A DNA stretch of 64,000 nucleotides from an uncultured Spirochaetota bacterium (GCA_963734495.1 CAVTHK010000010.1:192001-256000); one strand, 5' to 3'; shown: positions 48,433 to 58,852, counted from the stretch's first letter. Translations and numbers: made by a program. Notes: generated by a model from the sequence alone, not told the origin.

Positions 48433-49818
48433 ATGGACGAGGCGCGCAACCTCGTGTTCCTCATGACCGACCACCAGCGGCACGACAGCCTCGGAATGAC
48501 GCAGTGCGGCCGGCAGGTCACGCCGTTCCTCAATCGCCTGGCCGCCGGCAGCGTCCGCTTCGAGCGCGCCTACAACACCTGCCCGCTGTGCGTCCCCGCG
48601 CGCACGGCCCTGGCCACGGGGCTGTATCCGACGCGCAACGGCGTCGTCATCAACGACTGGAAGGGCGTCACGGCGGGTGACCACGCGCCGCTGCACGAGC
48701 GGCTCGCAAAGGCCGGGTTCGAGCTGGCTCACGTCGGCGTCCACCACGTGCGGGTGCGACCCGACCTGCGCGACCGCGCCGAGTTCGCCGCCTGGGTCGA
48801 CGAAACCGATCACCGGAGCTTCCTCGGAAGGCAGGGCCTGGCCTCCTCCCCCGTCGACGATCCCGTCTACCGCAGCGAGGTCACCGAGCTGCAAGGCGGG
48901 CAGCACGTCCGGCGCCGGGCCTCCAACACCCGCGTGGGCGTGTGGGACCAGCCCGACTCCTGGTTCAAGGACGTGTTCTTCGGCGACAGCGCCGAGGAAT
49001 ACCTGCGCCGCGCGACGCCTCCATTCGCCCTCTTCGTCGCCCTGTGGGCGCCGCACCCTCCCCTCGTCGTGCCGGAGAGCTACCTTCACCTTTTCCCTCC
49101 TGAGAAGGTCAGCCTGCCCGCGAACGTCGGACAACCCGCCAGGGGCGAACCGGCCGACCGCCGGCGCAACTTCCCCGCGCAGCTCGCCGAAGGCGTGAGC
49201 CTGGAGGAGTGGCGCGCCGCGTGGGCCGCTCACATCGCGCTGGTCAACCTCGCCGACCGGCAGATCGGCCGCATCCTCGACACGCTGCGCGAGACCGGCC
49301 TGGACGGCTCGACGCTGGTGCTCTTTACCTCGGACCACGGCGATCACCTGGGCCAGCACCGCATGTTCCAGAAGATGGAGATGTACGAGCAGGCGGTGCG
49401 GGTGCCCCTGCTGATCAAGGTCCCGGGCATGGTCCCGCGATTCATCGAGACGCCGGTTTCGCACCTCGACGTCGTGCCGACGGTCCTGGACCTGCTCCGC
49501 CTGCCCGCGCCGGAGGGGCTCGACGGGCAGGACCTCGCCCCCGCGATCAGGGAGGCGCGCGAGCCCGAGGAGCGGCCCCTGTTCAGCCAGTACTCCGGGG
49601 ACGGCGGGGTCGGGGAGATCCGCCGCGCCGTGATCGCGGCCGGCCACAAGTACGTCTACGACCCGGCCGATGAGCCTGAGCTTTACGACCTGCGCCTCGA
49701 CCCGCTGGAGACCGCGAACCTGGCCCGCGTCAAGGCGAGCGCCGACCTGATGCGCGGGCTGCACGAGGCAGGCAGGCGGTGGGCTGCCGCGCACGGCGAC
49801 TTCGTCGACTGGGGATGA
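48433..49818 (+). CDS. Cys-type sulfatase (S1 family)
   Basis: [16 protein letters not shown] (CxPxR), PHPP, SDHG, KMEMYE..VRVPL, ELYDL..DP.E. Confidence 0.9.
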   Translation: MDEARNLVFLMTDHQRHDSLGMTQCGRQVTPFLNRLAAGSVRFERAYNTCPLCVPARTALATGLYPTRNGVVINDWKGVTAGDHAPLHERLAKAGFELAHVGVHHVRVRPDLRDRAEFAAWVDETDHRSFLGRQGLASSPVDDPVYRSEVTELQGGQHVRRRASNTRVGVWDQPDSWFKDVFFGDSAEEYLRRATPPFALFVALWAPHPPLVVPESYLHLFPPEKVSLPANVGQPARGEPADRRRNFPAQLAEGVSLEEWRAAWAAHIALVNLADRQIGRILDTLRETGLDGSTLVLFTSDHGDHLGQHRMFQKMEMYEQAVRVPLLIKVPGMVPRFIETPVSHLDVVPTVLDLLRLPAPEGLDGQDLAPAIREAREPEERPLFSQYSGDGGVGEIRRAVIAAGHKYVYDPADEPELYDLRLDPLETANLARVKASADLMRGLHEAGRRWAAAHGDFVDWG

Positions 49819-49862
49819 GGATCGAAGTTGAAGGCAGCCGCCCGCCGCCCCGAAAGGAACCC

Positions 49863-50888
49863 GTGAACAGAGAGTCGATCGAGCGGGAGCTCATCTTCGG
49901 CGTCGATCCTTCCGAACCCGCGCCGTTCGCAAGCTGCCACGCCTCGACGGTGCTGCCGCTCGCGGGAGGCGATGTGCTCGCGGCATGGTTCGCGGGCCCC
50001 TACGAAAGCCACCCCGAGGTCGCCATCTGGCTCTCCCGCCGGACAGCGGCCCGCTGGACGCGGCCGCGGAAAGTGGCGAGCCGGGAGGGCCTGCCGCACT
50101 GGAACCCGGTGCTCGGCCTCTCACCCGCGGGGCGCGTGCACCTGTTCTACAAAGTGGGTCCCGACGTTCCGCGGTGGGCCACGCGCGTGCTCGTGTCGGA
50201 AGACGCGGGCCTTTCGTGGAGCGAGCCGCGCGAGCTGGCCTCGATCAGCGGTTTCCCGGCCGGACCGGTCAAGGACAAGCCGATCGTGCTCGCCGACGGC
50301 TCGTGGCTCGCGCCCACCTCGCGCGAAACCGCGAGCGAGTGGGACGCGGCGGTGATGCTGAGCAGCGACGAAGGCGCGAGGTGGCGCCTCGGCGGGCCGG
50401 TGCCGATCGACCACGGCAGCTTTGCCGGCAAGGGCGTGATCCAGCCGGCGCTGTGGGAATCCGCGCCCGGGCGCGTCCACATGCTGCTGAGGAGTACCTG
50501 CGGCAGCATCTGCCGCAGCGACTCCCTCGACGGCGGGCGCACGTGGAGCCCGGTGCGCGCCACCGCGCTGCCGAACAACAACAGCGGCATCGACGTCGAG
50601 CGGCTCCCCGACGGGCGGCTCGCCCTCTGCAGCAACCCGGTTCGCGGCGACTGGGCCAAACGAACGCCGCTCGAGCTCGCCTATTCCCGCGACAACGGCG
50701 CGACGTGGGCAGACCGCATCGTGCTGGAGGACGAGGACCCGCCCTTGGACGAAGCGCGCGTCAAGCTGGATCGCGCCTTCCGGGCGAACGAGTTCTCCTA
50801 CCCTGCCGTCGTTTACGGCGGCGGCGCGCTGCACGTCACGTACACCTGGAAGCGCAAGAGCATCTGCTACTGTCGTATTCCCGTCTGA
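49863..50888 (+). CDS. BNR/Asp-box (sialidase-like) beta-propeller protein; alternative start at 49815
   Basis: CHAST, WFAG, Asp boxes SEDAGLSW, SSDEGARW, SLDGGRTW, SRDNGATW; EFSYP. Confidence 0.85.
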   Translation: MNRESIERELIFGVDPSEPAPFASCHASTVLPLAGGDVLAAWFAGPYESHPEVAIWLSRRTAARWTRPRKVASREGLPHWNPVLGLSPAGRVHLFYKVGPDVPRWATRVLVSEDAGLSWSEPRELASISGFPAGPVKDKPIVLADGSWLAPTSRETASEWDAAVMLSSDEGARWRLGGPVPIDHGSFAGKGVIQPALWESAPGRVHMLLRSTCGSICRSDSLDGGRTWSPVRATALPNNNSGIDVERLPDGRLALCSNPVRGDWAKRTPLELAYSRDNGATWADRIVLEDEDPPLDEARVKLDRAFRANEFSYPAVVYGGGALHVTYTWKRKSICYCRIPV

Positions 50889-50980
50889 CGGCGCCGCGAG
50901 GGTGCGCCGTCGCGCGAGGCGCACCGCTTGGCGCGGGGCCCGCTCCCGACTATGATGGCTCGAGCCGCAAGGAGGCCCGC

Positions 50981-52120
50981 GTGAAGATCACCGCCATCGA
51001 GAACATCTTTGTCGACCGCTACCTCTTCGTGAAGGTCCAAACCGACGCGGGGCTCACGGGCCTCGGCGAGTCCGGCGCCTGGGGCTTCCTGGAGGCCTCG
51101 GCCTCCGCCGTCGAAACCTTCAAGCGCTACCTCATCGGCCAGGACCCGCTGCGGATCGAGCACCACTGGCAATACATGTACCGCTGGACCCACTTCCGCG
51201 GCGCGGCGATCATGGGCGCGATCAGCGCGATCGACATCGCGCTGTGGGACATCGCGGGCAAGCACTTCGGCGTGCCCGCCTACCAGCTCCTCGGAGGCAA
51301 GACCCGCGACCGCGCCCGGGTCTACTACCACGTGCTGGGCGAGACCAAGGAGCAGCTCCTGCAGGGGTGCATCGACGCGAAAAAGGCGGGCTTCACGGCG
51401 GTCGGGCACCTGACTCCGTTTCTCGACGAGCCGAGGGACCGCCCTTACTTCAAGACCCACGCCGACAAGATGCACGACGCCATCGAGACCGTCCGCCGGT
51501 ACCGCGAGGCGGTGGGGGACGACGTGGACCTCTGCGTCGAGATCCACAGGCGCCTCACGCCCGCCGAAGCCATCGTGCTCGCGCAGGGGATCGAGCCGTA
51601 CAGGCCCTTCTTCTACGAGGACCCCATCCTTCCCGACAGCTTCGACGCCATGGAGCTCGTGGCAAAGAACATCCGCATCCCCATCGCCACCGGCGAGCGG
51701 CTGCACACGATCTACGAGTTCGAGATGCTCCTCAGGCGAGGCGCCGTCCAGTACGTGCGGCCCGACGTGTGCCTCTGCGGCGGCATCAGTCACGCCAAGA
51801 AGATCGCGGCGCTGGCGGAGGCCAATCACGTCCTCGTCGTGCCCCACAACCCGCTCTCGCCCGTGAGCACTGCAGCCTGCGTGCAGCTCGCCGCCTGCAT
51901 CCCGAACTTCGCGCTGCAGGAGCTGCCCAAGGGCGAGGACAAGCCGCCGAAGAGCGAGATCGTGAAGGGCGCGCTCAGGCTCGACAAGGGGTTCCTCGTG
52001 GTGCCGGACGCCCCGGGCATCGGCATCGAGCTCGCGGAAGACGCAGCCCAGCGCCACCCCTACCGGCCCCGCGAGTTCGCGACGCGCCTCTACACCGACG
52101 GCTCGGTGATGGACCAGTAG
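50981..52120 (+). CDS. Galactonate dehydratase-like enzyme (mandelate racemase/enolase superfamily)
   Basis: [49 protein letters not shown]. Confidence 0.85.
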   Translation: MKITAIENIFVDRYLFVKVQTDAGLTGLGESGAWGFLEASASAVETFKRYLIGQDPLRIEHHWQYMYRWTHFRGAAIMGAISAIDIALWDIAGKHFGVPAYQLLGGKTRDRARVYYHVLGETKEQLLQGCIDAKKAGFTAVGHLTPFLDEPRDRPYFKTHADKMHDAIETVRRYREAVGDDVDLCVEIHRRLTPAEAIVLAQGIEPYRPFFYEDPILPDSFDAMELVAKNIRIPIATGERLHTIYEFEMLLRRGAVQYVRPDVCLCGGISHAKKIAALAEANHVLVVPHNPLSPVSTAACVQLAACIPNFALQELPKGEDKPPKSEIVKGALRLDKGFLVVPDAPGIGIELAEDAAQRHPYRPREFATRLYTDGSVMDQ

Positions 52121-52216
52121 ACGCCCGCGGCTTGGGCGCTGGCGGTCTGCCGCCTGACGCTCGGGACCTGCGGGAGCCAGCCCGTGGCCTGCGGCCACGG
52201 GCTGACGCGCCTGTAC

Positions 52217-53158
52217 CTAAAAGCGACCCGCCTTTTGCAGCTTCAGGAACTCCATGATGAAGGCGTCGCGCCGCGCCTTGACTTTTTCCGCTTTTCCCGG
52301 CGGCCAGTCGAGGAAGCCCTTTCCGGTCTTGGCGCCGAGCTCACCCCGCGCGACCTTCTCGTTGTGGATGGGCGAGGCCCCCTGCACTGCGCTCAGGTTG
52401 GGCACGACGTAATCCTGGATGAGCTTGACCGCGTCGAGGCCGACCAGGTCGTGGTGCTCGAACAGGCCGTAGACCGGCGTGCGAAGGCCGACACCGGCCT
52501 TGATCGCCAGGTCAACGTCCTCGGCGCTCGCGATGCCCTCCGCGACGATGTGCATGCACTCGCGCACCATGGCGTGCTGGATGCGGTTGCCGAGCTGGCC
52601 GGGCACGTCCTTGCGCACGAGCACGGGGACCTTGCCGCAGCGCTTGAGCAGCGCGACGACCTCCTCGGCGGCCGCGAGATCCGTGCGCTCCCCCATGACC
52701 ACTTCGACCAGCGGCATCAGGTGCGGCGGGTTCCAGAAGTGCGTCGTCATCACGCGCTCCGGTTTGCGGCAGCGCGCGGCGATCTGCGTGATGCTGATGC
52801 CGGAGGTGTTCGAGCAGAGCACGGTGTCGGGCGCGGCGCGGTCGAGCCGCTGGAAGAACTCCTGCTTGAGCTCGAGCCTTTCCGGGATGGATTCCACGAA
52901 GAGCTGCGCCGACCGCGCGGCCGCCTCCGCGTCGGTCGAGAGCGATATGCGCGCGACCGCGGCGGCCGCGTCCCGTGCCTCGACCAGCCCGTTTGCGCGC
53001 AGCGTCTCGATCGAGGCGCGCGCCGATGCGACCCCCTGCTCGGCCGTTTCCCGTTTCCGTCCGACGATCACGGCCTGGCAGCCGGCCAGCGCGAACACGG
53101 CCGCGATTCCCGGGCCCATCTGGCCCGTGCCCGCCACAGCTACGTTGCGTACGTCCAT
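52217..53158 (-). CDS. 3-hydroxyacyl-CoA dehydrogenase family protein
   Basis: GTGQMG, ESIPE..K, SNTS, HFWNP, NRIQ, G.KTGKGF. Confidence 0.88.
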   Translation of the reverse strand: MDVRNVAVAGTGQMGPGIAAVFALAGCQAVIVGRKRETAEQGVASARASIETLRANGLVEARDAAAAVARISLSTDAEAAARSAQLFVESIPERLELKQEFFQRLDRAAPDTVLCSNTSGISITQIAARCRKPERVMTTHFWNPPHLMPLVEVVMGERTDLAAAEEVVALLKRCGKVPVLVRKDVPGQLGNRIQHAMVRECMHIVAEGIASAEDVDLAIKAGVGLRTPVYGLFEHHDLVGLDAVKLIQDYVVPNLSAVQGASPIHNEKVARGELGAKTGKGFLDWPPGKAEKVKARRDAFIMEFLKLQKAGRF

Positions 53159-53302
53159 TCAGCCTCCCGAGTACAGCCGCGATCGTACACCGGCGGCGGC
53201 GCGGCCGCAACGTCCAGGAGCGCCGGCGCGGCGCACCCCAGGCGCCTTGCCCGGCGGCGGCCGCTCCTGTACACTGTGCGCTCTCTCGGGAGGCGCGCGG
53301 AT

Positions 53303-54196
53303 TTGAACGCTTTTGTTTCCCCTGCGACCAGGCGGGACGCCGCCGCGATCGTCGCCCTGATCGCCTCTCGGTGCGACCCTTCATCCCGCTGGAAGGTGAC
53401 CGCGGCCGAGATCCGCGACGAGCTCGGGATCGAACCGCTCGCCTTCTACCGCGCCATGTACGCCGCGGCGACCGCGGAGCGCTCCATCCTCGACCTCGGC
53501 GACATCACGGGCGCCTTTTCGGACGAGAGCCCGGAGGCGCTGCTGGCCGCGCTGGAGGTCTTCTGCGGCGCCGAGGCCGAGCAGTGCCTCGCCCGCGCCG
53601 GCATCTTCTTCTCGCACACGAGCCGCGTCGACATCATCGAGACGTTCATGACCGTCACCGCGGCCGCGATCGCCCGCCACGTGTACGACGCGGCCGAGGT
53701 CTCCGCCATGCTCCGGGCGCTGGGCGGCTACGAGGGCGCCTGCTCGGGATACCTCAGGACGCACTTCCCCCTCGAAGCGCTCGCCGAAGAGACCGTGGAG
53801 CAGTTCTGCGCGGGAAAGCGTTTCGACATCCCCGCCCTGGCGCGCGCGAACGTGCGGAGGCTCATCGACTTCTTCTTTCGAAGGCACGTGCTCGACGAAA
53901 GGGCCCTGTTCGCGGGACTCTCCGAGCGCATCCACAGGCAGGCGGTCGAAGAGGGATACGCGAAAAGGGAAGGTCGGCGCGCCGCCGCCGAAGCCGGGAG
54001 CCCGACCGAGCCCGAGGTCGTCGAAGCCGCCAAGCGAGCGCTCGGGGTCGCGGGGCTTCCGCTTTCCCGGCGCCTGCTGCGGGACCGCTACCGCGTGCTC
54101 ATGAAGCGCTTCCACCCGGATGTGAATCCCGGCGGCCTGGAACAGGCCAAGGAGATCAACGCCGCCTACTCGAGGCTGCTGGACGCGCTCTCGTAA
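53303..54196 (+). CDS. Protein with C-terminal DnaJ (J) domain
   Basis: LG....LRDRYRVLMKRFHPDVN...AKEINAAY; GGAGG plus TTG start (uncertain). Confidence 0.75.
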   Translation: MNAFVSPATRRDAAAIVALIASRCDPSSRWKVTAAEIRDELGIEPLAFYRAMYAAATAERSILDLGDITGAFSDESPEALLAALEVFCGAEAEQCLARAGIFFSHTSRVDIIETFMTVTAAAIARHVYDAAEVSAMLRALGGYEGACSGYLRTHFPLEALAEETVEQFCAGKRFDIPALARANVRRLIDFFFRRHVLDERALFAGLSERIHRQAVEEGYAKREGRRAAAEAGSPTEPEVVEAAKRALGVAGLPLSRRLLRDRYRVLMKRFHPDVNPGGLEQAKEINAAYSRLLDALS

Positions 54197-55716
54197 GGCG
54201 CCCGCTCCTCGAGGCGCGGCTCCCCGACGCGGCCGGCCGTGGAGCCTCCGAGCGTCTCGATGCGCTGCACCCCGTCGCGGTTGAGGATCGCGAGGTAATG
54301 GTGGAGCGACCGCTTCTCGCCCGAAGACGAGAGCGCAAGCACCAGGTGGACGTGGTAGACCCGCCTGGCCACGACGGTGGCCACGGAATTGCCCCACAGC
54401 AGCCGCAGCCGGCTCGTCGGGTCGTCCATCTCCCGCAGCCAGGGGTCCACCTTCATCCTGAGGATTTCCGTGATCGAGTTGAGATCGCCGTCGCCCTTGC
54501 GCAGCCGGCTCGATCGCAGCTTGACGATCTTGTTGTAGTGGATCACGTCGTCGCGGGGGAGTATCCCGCGGAACGGGTTGCCGTCCGCATACCTCAGCGC
54601 CGCCACGTCCCGCGGACAATCGGCCGGCACGATGGCGCGGACGGTCTCCCGGGTGGTCCCGACGGGGCCTTCGACCGCGCGGTCGGTGAGCCGCCCCGAA
54701 CGGTCGAAGAAGAGCAGGGGGAAAATCCTGTTGAGGCTCCCCTTGAGGATCTCCTTCATCCTGTCCTTGAAGATGTAACCCACGACGATCATGAGCGCCC
54801 AGGGGACGCTGTACATGGCGAAGAACTGCGTGGTGAGGAACGTTGCGAAGACCGCGAAGCTCATCGCCACGGCGGCGGCCACCCCCCCGATGATGTGCCC
54901 GATCCCCCGGGAAGCGGCGATCTGCTCGCTGCTCATGTAGAGCGCGCCCTGCGACCACTTCTTGAGCATGCTCTCGTGATAGATCGCCTTTTCGTTGGCC
55001 GCGGCGTCGCCCGGCCGCACCACCGAAGCATAGCCTGCGTTGCGCCTGTGAGTCGTCTCGTCGCGGATGCGCGCGCGCACGGCATCGAGCAGATCGCGCG
55101 ACGCCCCGGCAGCCCGCAGCGCCTCCCAGACGCGGATGAGCTCGACCTCGGCGTTCAGGCTCACCCATTCGTCGGCCCACTGCGCGCCGACCACCAGCCG
55201 CTCCGATAGACCGATCTCCCTGAACGCGCCGGCGAGGCCGCGCACCTCCTCGAGAAAGCGCGCGAGGTCGGCGAGCACCGGGCGCACCTTGGCGTCGAGA
55301 TCCTCGCCGGCGCCCGCGGCGGCCCGGCGCAGGATCAAGGAGCGCTCCGTCCTCACGGCCGAGCGGAACGAGTTGCCGAGGGTGCGCAGCTCGCGCAGCA
55401 GCTCTTCCTCGTCCACCGGCGTCCCTTCGCGGCCCCGCGCGAGCTCGGCCTTGACTCGCGCCAGGGGCGAGCCCGCGAAGGCCGGATCGGCGAGGCGGTC
55501 GAGAAGGATGCGCGGCGAGGTGTGGCGGATGTGAGAGATGACGTCCTCGATGAAACGGCGAGAGCCGTAGGCGTCGCGGACGCGGAGCTGTGCCGGCAGG
55601 AAGATGTAGAGATCGAACGAGTACTGCGTCCGCTCGTCCGCGGGCACCGGGTACCTGATCTTGAGCTCGAGCTGGTGGGGGCCGTGAGGCGCGACGCGGC
55701 ACCGGTACTTCGCCAT
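54166..55716 (-). CDS. Hypothetical membrane protein (large soluble N-domain, two TM, beta-rich C-domain)
   Basis: Coding-like 516-aa ORF; TM pair IIGGVAAAVAMSFAVF / WALMIVVGYIFKDRMKE. Confidence 0.7.
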   Translation of the reverse strand: MAKYRCRVAPHGPHQLELKIRYPVPADERTQYSFDLYIFLPAQLRVRDAYGSRRFIEDVISHIRHTSPRILLDRLADPAFAGSPLARVKAELARGREGTPVDEEELLRELRTLGNSFRSAVRTERSLILRRAAAGAGEDLDAKVRPVLADLARFLEEVRGLAGAFREIGLSERLVVGAQWADEWVSLNAEVELIRVWEALRAAGASRDLLDAVRARIRDETTHRRNAGYASVVRPGDAAANEKAIYHESMLKKWSQGALYMSSEQIAASRGIGHIIGGVAAAVAMSFAVFATFLTTQFFAMYSVPWALMIVVGYIFKDRMKEILKGSLNRIFPLLFFDRSGRLTDRAVEGPVGTTRETVRAIVPADCPRDVAALRYADGNPFRGILPRDDVIHYNKIVKLRSSRLRKGDGDLNSITEILRMKVDPWLREMDDPTSRLRLLWGNSVATVVARRVYHVHLVLALSSSGEKRSLHHYLAILNRDGVQRIETLGGSTAGRVGEPRLEERAPYESASSSLE

Positions 55717-55831
55717 GACCCTAAAGATACCGTAGGCGCGCCCGGCGCGCACGGGCCACCGTGCCGGCGGCGCCGGCGGCGCCGAGCGGCGCACTGGTGC
55801 GGGCGGCCTTCTTCAGATATAGTGCCTCTCC

Positions 55832-56452
55832 ATGAAGATCATGCTGCTCGGCGCGCCCGGCGTCGGCAAGGGGACCATCGCCAAGAGGATGATGGAAAAG
55901 TACGGCATCCCGCAGTTGAGCACCGGCGACATGCTGCGCGAGGCCGTGCGGAACCGCACCGAGGTCGGCCTGTCCGCCAAGAAGTACATGGATTCCGGAG
56001 CGCTCGTCCCCGACGACGTCGTCATCGGCGTGATCCAGGAGCGCCTGCGCAAGGCCGACGTGAAGAAAGGCTTTATCCTCGACGGCTTCCCGAGGACGAT
56101 TCCGCAGGCCGAGGCGCTCAAGCGCATCACGGCGCTCGACATCGTCCTGCAGCTCATCGCCCCGGACAAGACGATCATCGAGCGACTCTCCGGCCGCCGC
56201 CTCGGGGAGGACGGGACGATCTACCACGTGACCAACTTCCCGCCGCCGGCCGGAGTCAAGGTGATCCAGAGGGCCGACGACAAGGAGGAGGCGATCGTCG
56301 AACGCCTCGCGGTCTACAAGCGGCAGACCGCGCCCCTGATCGACTACTACCGCAAGGCCGGGATCCTGCGCGACGTCGACGCGGACAAGCACCTCACCGT
56401 CGACCAGATCCTTGCCGGCTGCGTCAGGGAGCTCGACGCGCTCGGCAGGTGA
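55832..56452 (+). CDS. adk: Adenylate kinase
   Basis: GAPGVGKGT, STGDMLR, GALVPD, LDGFPRT, RLSGRR, QRADD, QTAPL. Confidence 0.96.
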   Translation: MKIMLLGAPGVGKGTIAKRMMEKYGIPQLSTGDMLREAVRNRTEVGLSAKKYMDSGALVPDDVVIGVIQERLRKADVKKGFILDGFPRTIPQAEALKRITALDIVLQLIAPDKTIIERLSGRRLGEDGTIYHVTNFPPPAGVKVIQRADDKEEAIVERLAVYKRQTAPLIDYYRKAGILRDVDADKHLTVDQILAGCVRELDALGR

Positions 56453-56473
56453 GCCGCGGCGGCGCGGCTTCCG

Positions 56474-57463
56474 CTACGGGATGATGTCGAAGGAGCGGCG
56501 CCACGAGGGGAACCTGCCGCCCGCTTCCTCCTGCACCTCCGAGGGAAAGAACGCCGACACCTCCTCGCGCTCCGCGGCCGTGAGCTGCCACTCGAAGCCC
56601 TTGAGGTTGGCCTCCAGCTGTTCCATCCGGCTGATGCCCACGATCGCGGCGGTGACCGCGGGGTGACTCGTGACCCAGTTGACCGCGACGTCCGCCGCGC
56701 TCGCCCCGCGCGAGGCGGCGTAGGCCACCAGGCGTCGTATCCCCTCGGCGTACTTCGCGCCCCAGCGGCCCACGCGCTCGTCGGTGGCGCCGCGGCTGTC
56801 GGCCGGGGCCCCGGCCATGTACTTGCCGGTGAGCAGACCGACGCAGAGCGGCCTGTAGATGACGATGCCCACGCCGAGCGCCTTCGCGGCAGGCAGGAGC
56901 TCGACCTCCAGTCCGCGCTCGATCAGGTTGTACGGGTACTGAGCGGCGCAGAACGGCACGTAGCCCGCCGCGTCCTGTATCCACAGCGATCGGACGAGGA
57001 GCCAGGCGGGGAAGTTGGAGCATCCGGTGTAGAGCACTTTGCCCGAGCGGACGAGGTCTTCGACCGCCCGCGCCATCTCCTCGAGGTTCATCCGCTCGAA
57101 AGGCCAGTGGATATAGAGAAGGTCGACGCGGTCGGTCCCGAGCCTGCGCAGGCTCGCCTCGACCCCCCGCACGATGTGGTAGCGGGAGATGCCGGAGTCG
57201 TTGGCGCCTTCGCCCACCTTCATGCCGACCTTGCTCGCCAGAACGACGTGATCGCGGAGCCCCTTGAGGCCTTCGCCCGTGATCTCCTCCGCGCGGCCTT
57301 CGTTGTAGACGTCCGCCGTGTCGACAAAGGTCACGCCCGCCTCGACCGCCTTGCGGATGATGCGCAGGCTCTCCTCGCGGGAAGCCTTGCCGCCGAACAT
57401 CATGGTGCCGAGACAGAACTCCGAGACGGCGAGGTTGGTCCCGCCGAGCCGTGTCATGCGCAT
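56474..57463 (-). CDS. Aldo/keto reductase
   Basis: LGTMMFG, DTADVY, SK, SLRRLGTD.VDL.YIH, GCSN, Q..YNL. Confidence 0.92.
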   Translation of the reverse strand: MRMTRLGGTNLAVSEFCLGTMMFGGKASREESLRIIRKAVEAGVTFVDTADVYNEGRAEEITGEGLKGLRDHVVLASKVGMKVGEGANDSGISRYHIVRGVEASLRRLGTDRVDLLYIHWPFERMNLEEMARAVEDLVRSGKVLYTGCSNFPAWLLVRSLWIQDAAGYVPFCAAQYPYNLIERGLEVELLPAAKALGVGIVIYRPLCVGLLTGKYMAGAPADSRGATDERVGRWGAKYAEGIRRLVAYAASRGASAADVAVNWVTSHPAVTAAIVGISRMEQLEANLKGFEWQLTAAEREEVSAFFPSEVQEEAGGRFPSWRRSFDIIP

Positions 57464-57514
57464 GGGGTCTCCTCTTGCGGCCAACCTAAGGGCGGCCGCG
57501 CAACGATGTCAAGG

Positions 57515-58291
57515 TCACCCGGCCGGCGCCGGGTTGCGCTCGCCGATCAGCCGCAGGCCGTCCAGCGTGAGCCACGGGTCGACCTCGTCGAAGACCGACG
57601 TGAGCGGCGGGATCACGAGCGACTGGCCTCCCGTGGCCACGACCTTCGTGCCCGACCCGAGCTCCTCCCGCATCCGCCTCACCAGGCTCTCGACGAGGCC
57701 GACGTAACCGAGCACCACGCCCGCCTGGATCGAGTGGATCGTGTTGCGGCCTATCGCCGAGGGCGGAGCCGCCAGGGGAACGAGCGGGAGCTGCGCCGTG
57801 TTGTCGGTGAGCGCGCGCAGCGCGTGCGTCAGCCCCGGCGCGATCGCCACACCGACGAGGTCGCCCCCTGCCGACACGGCGGTAAAGCTCAGCGCGGTCC
57901 CGAAGTCCACGGCGACGCAGGCCGAAGCGAACCGGTCGAAGGCCGCGACCGCGTTGGCCACCAGGTCGGCGCCGACCTCGGCGGGGTTGTCGGTCCGGAT
58001 GCGGATGCCGGTGCGTATTCCCGGAGCCACGACGAGAGGCGGCGTGCCCGCGCGCTCGTTCAGCATCGCGCCCATGTGCTCCGTGACGGGAGGCACGACG
58101 CTCGCGAGCACGGCACGGGTGATGTCTTTGAGATCCAGGCCGACCTGGGAGAGCAGGCTGGCGAAGAGCACCGCGTACTCGTCCGGCGTCCGGTCGGGAA
58201 CCGTGCTCAGCCGCCAGTGCGCGATCCATCGGGCGCCGTCGTGGACGCCGAACCGGCTGTTCGAGTTGCCGATGTTGATCGCGAGGAGCAT
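57515..58291 (-). CDS. coaX: Type III pantothenate kinase
   Basis: INIGNS, SVVP, EVGAD, VDFGTA, ATGG, LTL.GL. Confidence 0.92.
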   Translation of the reverse strand: MLLAINIGNSNSRFGVHDGARWIAHWRLSTVPDRTPDEYAVLFASLLSQVGLDLKDITRAVLASVVPPVTEHMGAMLNERAGTPPLVVAPGIRTGIRIRTDNPAEVGADLVANAVAAFDRFASACVAVDFGTALSFTAVSAGGDLVGVAIAPGLTHALRALTDNTAQLPLVPLAAPPSAIGRNTIHSIQAGVVLGYVGLVESLVRRMREELGSGTKVVATGGQSLVIPPLTSVFDEVDPWLTLDGLRLIGERNPAPAG

Positions 58292-58294
58292 CGA

Positions 58295-58852
58295 CTACTC
58301 CAACCGGGAGCCGCGGCGGCCGTACTCGAGGCCCTGCCAGGCGGCGACTACGGCGACCGTCAGGAGGGCGGCCACGACCGCTTCGGGCAGCCCGTTGGCG
58401 ACGGCAATGGTTCCCACCGCGGCCCAGGGCAGGTAGGCGTAGAGCCCGAGAACGCCGAGCACGAGGACCGTGTTCGTGAGGCTCCCGCCGACACCCGAGG
58501 CCACCAGGCCGAGGACCTTGGTCCTGGCCAGCGCGCGGTACACGAGCCACGCGATGGGGCCGATCGCCAGCCGGGGCAGCACGGAGATGATGGGATTGGT
58601 GAACCACGCGTCGGCCGGCCCGTTGGGAGCCACCGCGGCCTGGATCAGGCTCGCGACGCCGAACAGCAGCCCCACCGCCAGCCCCGCGCCGGGTCCGGCC
58701 AGGACGGCCGCGATGATGACGGGCACGTGCATGATCGTGATCGAGGCGCCCGCGAACCACGGGATGAACCCGAGCCGCGTCACGCCGAGAAAGATCGAGA
58801 TCGCCGCCATCACCCCGGCGATGACGATTCGTCTGACCACCGAGCTTTCCAT
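58295..58852 (-). CDS. panT: ECF transporter S component, PanT-like
   Basis: LGFIP..ITIMHVPVII, GLLFG..S, NP.ISVLPR, TNT.LVL, NG.PEA; adjacent to coaX. Confidence 0.78.
   Translation of the reverse strand: MESSVVRRIVIAGVMAAISIFLGVTRLGFIPWFAGASITIMHVPVIIAAVLAGPGAGLAVGLLFGVASLIQAAVAPNGPADAWFTNPIISVLPRLAIGPIAWLVYRALARTKVLGLVASGVGGSLTNTVLVLGVLGLYAYLPWAAVGTIAVANGLPEAVVAALLTVAVVAAWQGLEYGRRGSRLE

Noticed and set aside
52184-54196. 670-aa J-domain ORF
   Set aside because: The N-terminal about 370 aa are antisense to the dehydrogenase gene; the plausible start is TTG 53303
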